NCBI GenBank assembly: GCA_010909165.1
Contig: VJWM01000265.1
Coordinates: 62,001-126,000, forward strand
DNA from: Anthoceros angustus
Lineage: Eukaryota; Plantae; Anthocerotophyta
Direction of reading: 5' to 3'
DNA: 64,000 nt
Numbering within the stretch: the stretch's first letter is position 1; each line of letters starts with the position of its first letter. Position numbers and translations under genes: made by a program. Shown here piece by piece: positions 63,111 through 64,000 of the stretch. The notes beneath the pieces were generated by a model. It worked only from the letters and a program-made list of their open reading frames with translations. It was not told where the DNA came from and did not search any database.

Positions 63111-64000
63111 AGGCCGATCTTGTCAATATGAACATACATGTACCTCCCTTGGACCATTTGCCAGGTATTTGAACGTCCCTGCAAGTTCACCACGACGAAG
63201 GTGCAGATGGAAAACCAATCCGTTGTATTTCATGAAGGGGTCGTTGTTCGCTGGAGGGGAAACAAGCGATGTCCATAGTTCACAAGAAAACAAGAAAGCT
63301 CTTTTCTCAGAGTCCTCGACTCAAATGGGGACCATGATGTTGCTGTTTCTTCCAGTAGCCAGCGTTGGGTCCATCTTTGGACTCAACACCATCTCTACTC
63401 GGCTGTTTCCACCTCACCTGGCACAAGTATGCCAGAGACAAGTGCATGAGCACCCATAGCCCCTTCACCGGTATTCTACCCAAACAAAGGATCTTATGGG
63501 CCTGTTCTTAAGAAGAGCTTAGAAGGAGGAGAGTGCCTCGTCGATACAGGCTAAAAGAGAGCAGATGTGGCAACTTGACTCTGGATCCTGTGTAGGCGAT
63601 AAACCTACGAAGCCCAGGGATACCTTGGTCCTCAAGTGTCCTGGCCTGGAAGGACAGATCCATGGCAAGGCCAGCGTCTCAGACAGGGAGAGATGAAAGC
63701 ATGCAGCGAGTGAATGACCCTGGCTGTCATGTCGGGGGAGTGATGCAGTCCTAGTCAACCCAGGGTATGCCTGATGGAACTTTCCTGGAGTACTCCACGT
63801 AGCTTAAACCGAAAAATCGACGCAGCAACCATTCCTCGTATCTGACGTTCTTGTCAAGAACACTCTTGCTGTGAACACACACAAATCAGTCTATATTGCA
63901 CATGCATCACCCTGAGTAATATCGAAGCACGGAAAGGATACCGAATCCGATCTGCAAAGAAGCGCCATGTGACTGCCGTGTATGCCACCACACACACAGG

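Noticed and set aside
63140-64000. Possible minus-strand exons at the window end
   Set aside because: Splice-like sites exist, but there is no consistent open frame or recognisable product.

Overview
This is a eukaryotic nuclear window from a land plant. It is most likely seedless, and hornwort-like by inference from the GRP-ending DYW domain and the 80-160 bp introns. Genes: an intronless F-box gene, tRNA-Ala(AGC), four 5-exon GDSL/SGNH esterase genes in two paralog pairs, an intronless PLS-class PPR editing factor, an intronless plastid-type TVP38/VTT membrane protein and cytosolic RPL8 (uL2). Mobile DNA: a decayed Ty1/copia, a TIR-bounded MULE-SWIM transposon, a pol-less Athila-type gypsy element, two large TGTGG..CCACA elements with 5-bp TSDs, two RLE-type non-LTR 3' fragments, CACTA ends and many tandem repeats. 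The top finding is the PPR gene (6505-9237, -). It has a C-terminal DYW variant of the KP/GRP type associated with U-to-C editing (HAE, ends CSCKGRP). At its N-terminus it carries two tandem copies of the WWDNR..PDF..LWL motif known from organellar ssDNA-binding OSB proteins. Two more decayed copies of that cassette lie at about 35.6 kb and 52.4 kb, and the second is followed by PPR-like remnants, so the fusion looks like a gene family. The second finding is that the two unrelated-looking giant solo-LTR-like insertions (6.7 and 3.9 kb) share termini, a subterminal motif and a decayed ORF, but no gag/pol. All calls were made by eye; no searches were run.
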